A stretch of 63,720 nucleotides of DNA, filler included, from Lenisia limosa (lineage: Eukaryota; Protista; Breviatea), in NCBI GenBank assembly GCA_001655205.1. It is 14 parts of 14 records of this genome, joined end to end, with 100 filler letters (N's around TTAATTAATTAA, not from the genome) between each part and the next. Parts side by side here need not be neighbours in the genome. Positions count along the whole stretch, not along the records: positions 42,071 to 58,278 come from LPNZ01009258.1; positions 58,379 to 59,754 come from LPNZ01002928.1; positions 59,855 to 61,732 come from LPNZ01006153.1; 11 more parts are not named here. The stretch is one strand, 5' to 3'. The position numbers were made by a program, and so were the translations under genes. Numbering within the stretch: position 1 is the first letter of the stretch; every line of letters starts with the position of its first letter. Below are positions 46,989 to 60,011 of this stretch, piece by piece. The notes under the pieces were generated by a model that saw only the letters and a program-made list of their open reading frames with translations, did no database searches and was not told the DNA's origin.

Positions 46989-49566
46989 TTCGAAGCGGGA
47001 CACTCATAAACAATTATCATCTTATCGTCACTCACTGACACAAGTTGCAACGGGTTGTTGGGGTTCCAGGCCACTCCCCATACCTTAGTTGTTAGATGGT
47101 GTGTGTTTCTGTAGAGCGAAGAAAGGCATTAGACCAAAGGGAGCTCTTGTAATTACTGAAACATGTCTTTTCATAATTACTTGAAAACATTTGTCATATC
47201 TAGCTTGAAAACATTTGTCATCATATCTAGCTTGAACCACAATACAATACACGCAAATGTTTTGGAACTCCATTCTTACCTGGTCTGAATGTTCTGAGAA
47301 GACGAATTGTTGTGTTTTTGACTTTTGGTTCACGTCCCAGATACGCACACTCTTATCTGAAGAACTACAACCATTATGGTCACAAAAATGAAAACAAATT
47401 CAGTTCGATTAATATCAATACAATGTTCAAGAAGTGTAAAGATCAATTGATCACTAATCAGCCATAACCAAAACCCTGCAGACCAAGAAGCAAGCCTCTG
47501 ATTATCCGGTGAGAAAGCAAGTCCCATGACCCATCCTGAGTGCCCGCCCAGACAGGCCACGTGGTTGCCCTCCATGTCATGCACATGGATGAAACGATCT
47601 TCTGACCTGAAAATGTGACTCTATGTTGGAGTAACGTGAAATGTTATTTGAATTGTGTATTTCACAATATCAGTCAAACAAAAAAAAAAAAAAAACNNNN
47701 NNNNNNNNNNNNNNNNNNNNNNNNNNNNNNNNNNNNNNNNNNNNNNNNNNACTCCAGTGCAGCCAAGGGGGGAAGCACTAATGTCCACTGAAATGGATGT
47801 GGTGAATTAGATGGTCACATATTCAAAACCAGCGAAAGGCCCAAAACAACAATATTTTTTTAACAAAAAATGTCTAATACACTTGCTCAACACCACCAAC
47901 CCGCTGGCAATGTAGCGTGAGTCTGGAGAGAAGGCAAGGCTACGCACTGACACCGAATGTTTGGTGAGGGAGTGCACAATGCGCTGAGGGGTTATTGCTA
48001 TGAGGAAATATGGCATGCACTACCACTTAGGGATAAAAACATTGCCAAAGTCATTGGGGCGTATTGGCACTAATATCATTTTTGGTTCCCAAAACGACTC
48101 TCAAATACTCTATATAATATGATATATCTACATGTGCTGTTACAAAGCACACTGTTCTATTTTCAACATTTTCACAAGGCCCACTTTTTCGGTCCGGTCA
48201 AAAACGGAAACAACGCCATCGGAAGCACCCACTGCCAAATACTAGATGGGGTAAATATGCAGGAACAAGGGCAATACACTATAGGGAAGAAGCTCTATCC
48301 AATAAATTATGGATATTCATATTGTAGACATGATTCACAATGGAATAGAGCATGCAGACCTTTCCATCTGGTGAGAAGCACACACTCATGACAAATTTTC
48401 CGTTTGCAATTTGAACTGTCTCCTCAACTTGGCCATCCTCCACATTCTGAGGCGTCAAGATAGGGAGAAGAGGAAGAGAAAACAGTAAAAAGAAATATGT
48501 TACACATATACCTGTATGCGTATCAAAACAATGTGACCCCCTTCCTCGCAACGCATACCCAAATGTTGACGTTTCCACTGTGAGTACCGGTGGCTATGAA
48601 GCCGCCACAAGGACTGAAGTCAATGGTCCACGATTCCACTAGATGGTCACGGGTAAAGCTGGTTTGTTATAAGAAGGTAACTAGACGGTCACGGGTAAAG
48701 CTGTGTTATAAGAAGGTAGATGGTCAAGGGGTTCTAAAGTTCCGTTCAGCCACAGTTGGAGAGTGGTGAAAAAAATGATCTAAAGACTCCATTCCCTCTT
48801 TACAGGATTTAATGACTAAATTTGAAATGCAAAAAAGAAAAAAACAATGAAAAGGAGAACCAGCGAGGCTCAGGGAATTCGAGGAAATTATTATGTGCTC
48901 CATCGCATACATTTATTTCATCAGCCACCCCCACTCACGAGGGCTTGGTTCAAGGATTTTCTCCAACGACGCCTCCTGGGTGTTGATCAGCCGGATCTGG
49001 GAGTCTAATCCGGACGCGGCCAGGGCTGAAGGTAAGAATGGACTACTCTGCACTTGAAGAGTTGTACTACCTGGAATGCAGCAAAATTGGGAGCGTTTAA
49101 AAATAAAATGATGAACAAACTAATGGATACTGTAATTAAGAGTACTGAAGACGAATGGAAGTAAAAGAGAGATACTCATACAAACCCGAACAAAAATATT
49201 ATTCCTTAATCCCCTTACTGTTTTCATGGAGGGCAAGCGACAGAACTCCCAAACGATGTCCTTCAAAAGAGCGATCAAGGGTGATTCGCTCATCATTTGT
49301 GAAATTCCTGCAATATGATAGGGTGAAAAGGCAACCTCTGCCATGGTTGAGATAATATAATAATGTTCCCGTTATAACCAGAGATTGGCTAGAAGAAGAG
49401 AAGAAGCAGTCCTCACCATGCTTTTACAGTTTCATCAACTGAACCTGTGTAGATATGGTCTTTTGCCCAGACTACAGACCAAATTCCATCTTCATGAGAC
49501 GCATCAAAGGACGCAACACGACGAAACTGGGCAGTAAGATTAACAACCACCTCTTTGACTTACCAT
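46985..49566 (-). CDS. WDR61: WD40 protein WDR61/SKI8
   Basis: HEDGIWSVVW, ASGLDSQIRL, ESWTIDFSPCGGFIATGTHSGNVNIW, GKFVMSVCFSPDGK, HSVSVRSLAFSPDS, GHSGWVMGLAFSPD, HSDQVWGVAWN...SVSDDK. Confidence 0.9.
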
Positions 49567-50052
49567 TATATCTTATCTTGCCTAGATTGATAATTTACTT
49601 CAATAAATAGGTTGGTTAGCAGAACCAGAGCAGAACTCAAGCAGAACTAGCAGACGCAGAGACGCAGTTTGCTATATAAGTATAATCTAATTTCGTAAAG
49701 TGTTAATTCTGCCTCCTCTTACTGCTCTTGCCGCCTCTTCCACGCTTATCAACAAGGATAACAACTTTCTATAGCATCATAATTAAGTATTATTGAAGAA
49801 GACGTCTCCAGGGCACCTTTTTTCAAGTCGGAACAGATTATCTCCTTATCTGATGTGAAGCCTTTTCACAGAAGAAAATTACAGCAAAGTAAGCGCTGGG
49901 TAAGTGGCAAAAGTAAAACAGTAACATATTACTGTTTCCTTCTTTTTTGTCTCAAACAGACTAACAGTTTGTTTTATCAACTGTTTTCAAATACAGTCCA
50001 GTGAAATTTTTTTGTTCTCTCATGGTCATTTTGATATCGGGTTAAGAAGACA

Positions 50053-53000
50053 ATGGAGTACATGCATGAGACACCCGGGCGACAGCGTTTACTCCCACCC
50101 CTTACTCCTTTCGTTGCTCATCCACGGTCTGAATCCGTAAGAGGGTTGAGGGCTGCGACTTGAAATTAATTACCACGATTGATAATACAAGGCTATTCAG
50201 AAAAAAGCATCTTTGCAAAAATAACAAATATATCTTTTGAAAGAACAATAAATGAATTTTAAAGCAACATTTAGTAAAAATAAAACGTTGTTAATGACTG
50301 GATACAACAATTTCATATTTCTTAACTGAATGAAGATAGCATTCTTAATATCGTTGCAGCATATTATCACAGAGGATTTGATTGGAGCAGTGGGTTGGTA
50401 CCCGATATTTACCTTAAACAAGTTATATGTTTGTTTCATTTCGCCAAGCTGACCGATCTGGCGGAGTCGCAGGTGTCAACTGCAATATCCGGCACACTAC
50501 ACTCCATCCAACAAAGTCTGAGTGACACGTCATCGATAGGACGGATGGCCAGTGAAGTGGACTGGACCGTTATTGACGAGCTGGCGTCGGATTCGTCACA
50601 GACCGTTGGGGGTTAGGATGCAATTGACAGGATTGTTTTCTTTGAATTGATTAATATTTGTAGTATGATTCCTCAGTTAATTACTTTCGTAGCATTCACA
50701 CTTCAGCATTTTCTATGCCAACCTCACTCTTCCATTGTTTCTATGCTAACCCTCATTGTTTCTATGCCAACCTCACTCTTCAACTGTGATTGTCTCAGCG
50801 TACGCCAAGGTCCGAAGTTAACAGGAACCTTTTTGCAAGTCCCACTGCCACCAACGCCACTCTCCATTTCAGGTAGCTTTCTTTTTATCGCTATCAGATC
50901 AAATGATGATACTTCTTTTGTTTCGTCACCCCCCCCCCCCNNNNNNNNNNNNNNNNNNNNNNNNNNNNNNNNNNNNNNNNNNNNNNNNNNNNNNNNNNNN
51001 NNNNNNNNNNNNNNNNNNNNNNNNNNGGTGCCACTTCCAATCTTGCCAGTCAGACTCCTGTTGCTCTTTCTTCCACCACCCACCCGAAACAGCCGACCCA
51101 CGCCGCAACTCCAGGACTGCCCTCGAGGGCCAGCCGCCGTGCCAGTCTTTTGGCCCAAATGCGAAGCGATATGGCGAAGATGGCCAAAATTGAGCCGGCG
51201 GACGATATCCAGTCAGTCAGTTCCCGGGGGCTGCATTCAGCCCCGCGATCTCCGATCTCGGAACGGGTGCCTCCTCAGTCCATCCAAAGCCACCGCGTTC
51301 ACTCAGTTAAGATGTCCCCACGCGCCTCACACAGTTCCCATGTTACCACGCAGACACCAGAGCATGTGGCAGTTCAGACAAGCTTTCAAGGGTCTGAAGA
51401 AAGGAATTCTATCGATGATGTTCCGAAAGAGCCAATAGAGTCCAAGAACCATGGCGCTTCTTTGGTGGGGGTGGGGGGGGGTGTTATTGAAGACATCGGT
51501 TATCGATTCTGGTTTCAATGCCGATTAGTTGTCTTCATACAGAATCAAATTTTGGGGTTACTTTTGATCGTTTTCGCATTTAAGTGAGTTCCTCGTCCTA
51601 ACCTTGCGTTACTTTTTAATCTTTGATAGAATGACTTGAGTGCCCTTTCGCTTGACCAGTACCTCCCTGACCCCGCCCATTTCCATCTTCCCAATGTGGG
51701 CCAAGATTTGCGAATATTTAGATGGTGTTGAGCGGTTCAATCCAATGTCATCTTATTCACATTTCAGGAAACACAAGAAGTTGAAACACCAAATCAATAC
51801 ACGGTCTGGAAGTGACTTTGTCTGAATGTGGATTGTTTTATTTTCATTATCCCCTATCCTTTTCATCGAATAGCTGTTTTCCTTAAAAGCACACATAATA
51901 ATCGCATTTACTCTAAACTACCGAAAAGGATCCTAATTTCAATGTGATTTTCGTGGTTAACCACTAATCATGCTACCAGGCCTCCAATGACCCTCAGATG
52001 TCTCCCCCACCTTCAAGATTGCCCCGCCGCTCTGTACCTCCGACCCCCCAGGTTTGTACATTTTTTACTCGCTTTTAGGGGCCCTTGGTATTTATACAAC
52101 TCTCTTTTGTAAAACAAAGTTAAACAACATTTAGAACAGGTCAAGTACAGTGGTTAATCCTTTTTATCATTGTACTGGGTTTACTGACTGATAATGTTTC
52201 CACAATAGACGGATAAATGTCGATGTTTCTCAAGGGATCGTTTGAGCCCATTCTTTTGCAACCTGATAGATGAAAATGTCTCCAGTTTTCATAGTCAAGG
52301 TGACTCATATGTCGCCACGCAGTCCTATTGAAATGGAATATTTTGATGATGAAGAGGTGGGATTTGATTGTTTCATTTCGTACACCCTTATTTCAAATCG
52401 CTGGTGCGTCAACTTTTGGTTGTTTTTGCCCCTTAATCTCCTCTTGTTTGCCTTTGGGTTCAACAATGCTCAAAACCTAAAAGTCTCTTAGACACTTTCA
52501 AATGTTGTTTGCCGGTGTTAGCGGAACTCATTGTTTAAATTAAGTGCCACAGGAAGCACTGAAAGTATAATGGTGTCATCTCACATTGTAGCATGAAGGC
52601 GACGGTACCAATGTCCATGCTGTTGTTGACGGAGCCATTTGCAGTGACACGGATTTAGGTAAATGGACAGAAGGGCATGCTTGTAAATCATACAAGTTTT
52701 ACTTGCATATGATATGGAATCATGTTGGGAGAAATATTATTCATGCCAAAAAAAGTCTCTTTTCTGTGATTATTCTTAGTTCTTATTGCACAGTTGTAAT
52801 TTCACCTGTAAATTGTTATTATGTAATAATTGATGAGGTGAAGCTTTGTCTTTAGATTCATCTACGATACTTGCTTTTAATGCAACAGGATCGGGTACCA
52901 TGTCAGGTGGTTATGGAGACCTCGAAAATCCATCACATCAGTAAGTGGTCATTTATCATTTTGCATAGGCCGTACTTCTATTTAACACATTTTATGACTT

Positions 53001-55893
53001 ACTTTTTCTGAGTGTAACCTTATAGAAGCAGCACGCCGTCACAGGTGTCAGAAGCCAGCACTCCGGCTGTCTTCGTGTCCCTCAAGGATGAGCTGGCAGC
53101 CTCGTTTGAGAGCAACCTAGAATCTAGCTTTGAAGCCCTCCCAACAGTGCGGAGGAAGCCGCAGCGTATTGCAAACAGGTGAACAGGGGTGTCTCTTAAA
53201 ATGACAATACCATTAAATTCTCTTTTCGACGTAACAGTTTCAGCCCCCAAACTGAGGAACAACCAGTCTTTTCCCCCTCAGCTTTTGTTGCCATGGAAGA
53301 CCTAAAAATGGAAACAATGGAGTTTGATGACCGACCTTTGGCATCTCAAAGTTGGGGCCTTTTGCTTCACCAAACGAAAATGACTAATGGTTATTCATTT
53401 TTTCACACGGCTGTTTTTACCAATTCAGATGGCAAAAAGGCTGCAGTAAATGAACGGCCCCCAATATCGTCGAAATATGACACACCGCTTGATAACAATG
53501 CCGGCCTGAACGTTCATCACGGTGTCGATCGAAACATTTATGGTTTGCCAAGCCAGGAAAGTTGAAATGGAATCAAAAGTAGTATGAGGTTGTATTTGAA
53601 GCCGTCTTCGCCCTAATTATTGCATAGACGGTGTAATACAAGGTACAATATACTCAATTTTGCAAAAAGACAAGTTAACCTTGACAGACCAATCCGATCC
53701 CTCTGGGGATGAGTCTGACAACCATGAGACATTCCACACCAAACTCCACCGCAAGAGACACAGGGAAATTATGAGACGGCTTGGCAGAGGTCTGAGTACT
53801 GCAGGTTAGTGATGAATTCTCTGCCCTCCTTGTCCATTATCTTCTATTTCGCCTGTTTTCTACATGTGGATATAATTTTTGAATCAGTAACAACCTATGA
53901 TTAAAACACTCGCAATCCTACTGTATTTCGTAATCTTCACTTTCCTCATTGTACTCCATAAGGTGTGACATCCACACTCATTGACCGTGTAGTTGCAGTT
54001 GATCCTCCTGACACACACGACCCTGAGTGGATTGAGGCTGTTTCTTCTGATCCTGTCTACGCACACCATCTTCGAGCAATGGTACTCGGAGAGCAGTGAT
54101 TGACATGGCAATGTGAAGCTGTTTTTTTTTTGCTTGCTTTGTTCTGATTCACACAATATGTTAACATGAATAAGCCTTTTTTGTTTGTTTTTTGTCATCG
54201 AAACAACTGTTTTGGGCTGGTGAGGGGCGTTATAGTATGTTGCCTGACTTGTAACGGTTTAACTGATCAGACCGCGATTCGACGAGTGATTGCGGATATC
54301 ACTGGTCAACCCGCCCCTCGACCTTTCGCCGAATCTGCACCGAAAACTGAAGTGCTACAAATACCCCCTTATACCCAGGTAAATGATTGATTCCGAGTGT
54401 CTTCAATAATTGTTTATTGTATGACCTTTTTCATTTCTTTGGGTATTGTTGAGCAACAGCTAGCGGGGAAATATATGTGCATCACATATTTCAGGCTCAA
54501 CAGTCAACCGACATGCAACCACACGCCAGCCATTCTGCTAAGTCTTCCCAAAAGGCAGCTGTCGACCTTCCCCAAAAGGAAAGAACCCCCCGATTAGATT
54601 ACACCCATCAAACGCTAATTTCGGATACCTCTTCTGAAACCACAAAAGTTAGCTCCTTTCAAGGGATTATTAATTGTTATGGCAGTAATCATTTTATAAT
54701 ACTGCACCTGAAAATTTCGGTAGACACTGTTACTAGTAAAAGCAACATGATAACAATAATGTCCAGTATTCCGCATTTCCTGACCACCAGGCTCGAGATG
54801 GCACCCCGGACATTTTGTCCCCGGCCGGACCTGGGGGCTCAATGGAACAGTCTCAAGGTGGGTTGGCTATTGGTAGTTGATAGATGACTGAGTGGTCTGA
54901 TTCCAAATAGCAGGGTGACAAAATAAGATGACTCGTTCTTCTTACTTTTTTTGTTTTCTTTGATATAGTCCTGAATTATTGACATCTTAGACTATGGGCC
55001 TTCCTTCCGTCCGCATCAGCCTGATATTGTGCCTACTTTTGGTAGGCCTTTTTAATCCGTCAATTCTCTTACATTATCACCTCTTCATCGAAAACATGTG
55101 GCAGATAGGCCTTTACATTGCAGTGAAAATGTATACACGTGTTCCCACACATAGACAGTTGCATACCATTATAATTAGAAATAATTTCAATCTTGTTTAC
55201 TACTTGTCCCTGCTTTCGTCACCCCCCCCCCNNNNNNNNNNNNNNNNNNNNNNNNNNNNNNNNNNNNNNNNNNNNNNNNNNNNNNNNNNNNNNNNNNNNN
55301 NNNNNNNNNNNNNNNNNNNNNNNNNNNNNNNNNNNNNNNNNNNNNNNNNNNNNNNNNNNNNNNNNGCCCATTTTCGGCACGAAGTCGGCAGCTTCGGTGA
55401 GCGGTCTGGACCTCGTGTCTCCTTCTGGAACTGTAATCTTTACATCAAAAATAAGTCTGACTCAAAATGCTATTGGATGAAATATCAATGGATATGTAAT
55501 ACTCCTCATGTGAGAATGCTGTAGCTGCCTAATCACGTAGAATTCGGAGAGGGCCGAAAAGAGCCTTCGTTTTTCCAGTCCGTTAGGGGTTCAGTCTCAT
55601 CGTCAAACGGAATACCCAGCTGGTTTGTGGGGGGGGGGGGGGANNNNNNNNNNNNNNNNNNNNNNNNNNNNNNNNNNNNNNNNNNNNNNNNNNNNNNNNN
55701 NNNNNNNNNNNNNNNNNNNNNNNNNNNNNNNNNNNNNNNNNNNNNNNNNNNNNNNNNNNNNNNNNNNNNNNNNNNNNNNNNNNNNNNNNNNNNCACAGTG
55801 GCTCAGGCCAAGTACCGCGGTATGGTCATTTCTATGCCTATCTTGAAGACAACAGATATCAGTATAAAAGACATATCATCGCTAAAACGATGA
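50053..55893 (+). CDS. Large Ser/Pro/Thr-rich low-complexity protein, uncharacterised
   Basis: MEYMHETPGRQRLLPPLTP..., long exon 51028-51464, terminal exons NSERAEKSLRFSSP...EYPA-VAQAKYRGMV...SLKR-TGA; middle exons not fully linked. Confidence 0.5.
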
Positions 55894-55895
55894 TG

Positions 55896-57100
55896 CTATA
55901 TTCTTGTTATAATACGTTTTTGCCCCCCCCCCATCTTCCAACTCAGTGTCACACGTATAGGATTGAGCACCTCAGTAGTTGCTGTCCATGAGACAACAAA
56001 CTCCCTAGTTAAAATGGCTACCACACCTTCAGGACCCGTTGACAAACTCTCAGTGAGTGTGGTTGCTGAATTTTCTAATCTACCAGATTTTTGACTAATT
56101 TTGCAATTATCACCATCCAGCCCCTTCCCCATTTGAGCGATTTGTTGCCTTCTCATCCGGAGTTCAAAGTACTGTCCAGTCTCTTCAACAGTCTTGGGTA
56201 TGGATGGATCATGATCAAGTAATACTACTTCGAAATTGAATGGACAGGTACATATACTGCTGCTTCGCTTGTTTTATCCCTTTTCTGAATGATCACACAC
56301 TTTAGATACACTTGCAAAAGACCCCCCTCCCCATAGTAAACTGTTACAAGTTTATTTACCTACACCTTATCAAATTCTTCTGCACACAGATTCAGAAAGA
56401 TGCTCTTCTGTTGTCTTATTAACACAACTAGACGCACCATTGTCCATGCACTGAAGATCTACTCTGGTCCACTACCCAGCGTTTCAGCCACTCGGTTTGT
56501 TCCCATTCCACCTTCAACCACGACAAAATAATACGAGTTAACGTATTTGTTCTAAGTCCGACTTTCCCAGCAATCGATATAGAGCACAGCTATTTTTTTG
56601 TCATCGAAACAGTTTTGTCTTCCAGTTTTAACCTATTTAGAGTGGTTCTCTACTCAGCTCCTTTCAATGAAGTAACTAACACTGTAAAAACTGGCCAAAT
56701 TGCAAGCCAATGTGGGAAGTTATCTTTTGTCTAAGAAATGCAATGGAAATTGTATTTAATTTACCCTATAGACCCATGTCGAGTGTCAACAACCCTGCAT
56801 ATTGCAGACCAAAACGCGCCAATTTCATCACAGGTAGGTAGGTATTTTGATCAGCGAATAACAATGCCAGTGCAGACAAACTATCATTATTTAGTATGCT
56901 TTGTTCATCCCCCCCCCCCCNNNNNNNNNNNNNNNNNNNNNNNNNNNNNNNNNNNNNNNNNNNNNNNNNNNNNNNNNNNNNNNNNNNNNNNNNNNNNNNN
57001 NNNNNNNNNNNNNNNNNNNNNCACCCAAATGGTCGGTTTTTGTCTCTTTCGATTCCATTTCGCCAAACAAGGTCCATCAAGGGGACCCCGCTCCACATTT
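55896..57100 (-). CDS. Uncharacterised multi-exon gene
   Basis: Minus-strand open exon FEVVLLDHDPSIPKTVEETGQYFELRMRRQQIAQ and a GT+G-tract donor near 57020; structure unresolved. Confidence 0.3.
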
Positions 57101-57720
57101 ATACCACCATACACCACCGCCACCACCAAAACAACTTCACCCCGTACACCACCACTATTTTTGCTGTACACCACGTGCGATTTAAAAAAAATCGAATAAT
57201 TTTGAAATTTTTTTGAAATTTTCTGAAATTTCCACCTTTATATAGCTGACATCTCTTTTCCAATTTTCGAAATTATATTTGATGACCTGAGGATCTCCAG
57301 ATCTCTGGCAGATCTCCGCAGCACCAAAAAACCACCACCATTGTACACCACCACCAAGTTTTGAGTGGTGGTTGGATCACCTTTGAAAGCCCATCACTGC
57401 CCAGGTACCACGACTGAAGACCTCGGTGCACGACCACGCGCATATTGAGCGTGAGGCGCCAGGAAGATGGGTTGCCGCATGCAGTGACGGATATTTATTG
57501 GGCGACCCCTCCCTTTTACAACCCGTGTATCTTGTGGAGTATCGAGGGGTCTTGCATTAGAGTGTTATTGTATTATTGTATTGTATTATGTCATACGGAT
57601 AATAGGTTTTTTGTCTGAAATTCCTGGGATAATGTCAAGTTTCAGGGTCCGGCTTTGAAAGAATATTGGAAATCGCAAGAAAAATATGTAACACTGCAAA
57701 TGTGACCCCCACGAAATAGT

Positions 57721-58075
57721 TTAATCTTCATCATCCGGGGGCACAAACTCTAGGATCTCTTCCAAAGCGATGTGGACCGAGTTCTGTGGATGACCCTTCA
57801 GAGTGTCCTCATTCTGGGACACCTTGCACTAATGTGTAAAAACATGATGGCAATGACCCGATAAACTCGAAACCATTCATATTTCGAAGCCATTCATACA
57901 ATATGGTCATAGTATGTCTTTTATTGTAATTATAACGAGCGCATACTGCACCAGCAGCGTACCTTGAAGTGAAGGGCTTCTAAGGAGCCTTCAATAGCGC
58001 CGATAACAATACCAGAGTACTGAAGATGTGCGTATTGGCTCGGAATGGAAACAAAGTCCAGGATAGGCTGGTCAG
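57721..58075 (-). CDS. TRAPPC3: TRAPP subunit BET3, C-terminal exons
   Basis: QPILDFVSIPSQYAHLQYSGIVIGAIEGSLEALHFK-CKVSQNEDTLKG...ILEFVPPDDED-TAA. Confidence 0.82.
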
Positions 58076-58652
58076 CTGAACAGAGTTAACACATTGTTGT
58101 TTTGTCAAGAATGACTTAAAGCAATTGTGTTTTGCTAAAACTTAATATAGCTATACGGTGATGAAAGAACAAATGAAAAACCTCATATTTTACCATTAGG
58201 ACAAATTTTTATTTCCTCGCGTATTCCTTCACTCCAATAATATTCATGCGTATTCCTTCACTCCAATAATATTCATGCNNNNNNNNNNNNNNNNNNNNNN
58301 NNNNNNNNNNNNNNNNNNNNNNTTAATTAATTAANNNNNNNNNNNNNNNNNNNNNNNNNNNNNNNNNNNNNNNNNNNNTCCAATCAAACACGCTTCTGTT
58401 GGGGTTAGTGGGAACAAGGGAGGGAAGAGGGGTGGCGAAGTAAGAAACAAAAAATCTATTACACACACAGGGCTTACAATACCTCTCTCCCCCTCCCCCT
58501 TATAAACATGTATTAAACGTAATTCGTACACTCGCGTATAATTCGTACACCCGCGACGCTAGGCTGACTATCATCACTATCACCATAACTATCATCACTA
58601 TCATCATCATCACTATCATCACAATAACTATCATCACTAATATCCCTCCCAC

Positions 58653-59638
58653 CCGCGACACTAGGCATGACAGTGGCGCAGCGGCCGATGCATTGAATCG
58701 CCATCGACACAAACTCCTTATCCACGTCTGTCACGTATACCTGGGGGATGATGATGATAACGGTGTGAATAACTGTGGGTAGAAATATTACACACTGTCA
58801 AAGCATTGCTAACACTACATTGAAATGTAACAACACTTTCATAGCAGCATACTATAATATATGATCTGTATGCAACACCATACCTGCATTTCCTGGAGGA
58901 TTCTGTGGATGGTGGTTTCATTTGCGAGAGAGGCCAAGACGTCCAACTTCAATTGTTTGACACTGCGGGGGGGGGGGGTAAACCGAAGGAAATTTTGATG
59001 AAGAATATTGGCGTAAAGGTTTAATCACGAACCGAATAATCTGAAACTCCAAACCAACAAAAAAGGACAATTGTATAAAACAAAGGCAAAATCTAGAACT
59101 CTATCATGACCCTCTATCCAACATTCCTTACGCATTTCACCCCTAAAAAACAGCCACAAAAACCGTATTCTACCTCCACCCCAATGCCACGTACCCAATG
59201 GGGTCAGTTGAATAGATGAAGAAGTCTGTGAGATTGTCCTTGAATATAGACTAGAGTGTCAATAGGGGGGGGGGTGCTTTAAATCGTATACTAATAGGAC
59301 TGTGATATGAAATAACAAATACTATATAGCCATTTTGATATTAATATATACTACTATGTATTTACATGTAACATATGATATGTAAATAATATAACGCTTT
59401 TGTATCAACATAATAAAAAACGCAGACTGGGTACTGTGATATTATCCGAACCACCAAAATGACATAGAAGAAACTGGAAGAATGCAATGAAGAATAAAAC
59501 ACTTCAAAAAAAAACAGAAACTGAAAAAACTGAAAAAAAAACTGATAAAAATCTCCCTACCGGGTGTTGGGCGCAAAGAACGGTGATATTTGATAGGACG
59601 ATATAGCGGATTTCGGGGATACTTCTCATGGACCGGAC
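58653..59638 (-). CDS. AP3B1: AP-3 complex beta subunit, internal fragment
   Basis: IPEIRYIVLSNI, FFIYSTDP, LKLDVLASLANETTIHRILQEMQVYV, DKEFVSMAIQCIGRCA. Confidence 0.9.
58963..59070 (-). repeat. Intron 3'-end cassette family D copy
   Basis: Reverse complement matches 30481-30582 and ends at the AP3B acceptor C-tract-GCAG. Confidence 0.85.
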
Positions 59639-60011
59639 CTGAACAGATTAGCTCAAACTGATTTCTTGGTCACAGTCGTCGTCATATTAATATATTATAT
59701 CAATATATCGATATACTATATGATAATATCATATCATATAAAATGATTCTTAAANNNNNNNNNNNNNNNNNNNNNNNNNNNNNNNNNNNNNNNNNNNNTT
59801 AATTAATTAANNNNNNNNNNNNNNNNNNNNNNNNNNNNNNNNNNNNNNNNNNNNGATGTAATGTGGGTTGGTGACCGTTCTGTTCCTTTACAGACTCGTG
59901 TTTTATGCAGTTGTTATGACAGTATATTTTCAACCACCACACCTGTCCTTTTAATTTTGTTCTTATCTCTCCATACCAACCCATACTCCACTCAGCTTAG
60001 TCCTAACCCAG

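Noticed and set aside
58513-58650. Acidic D/S-rich extension of AP3B (DDSDDDDSDD) in the ORF track
   Set aside because: Lies after a GT+G-tract donor in a GAT/GATAGT microsatellite; AP3B homology stops at the donor, so it is intronic
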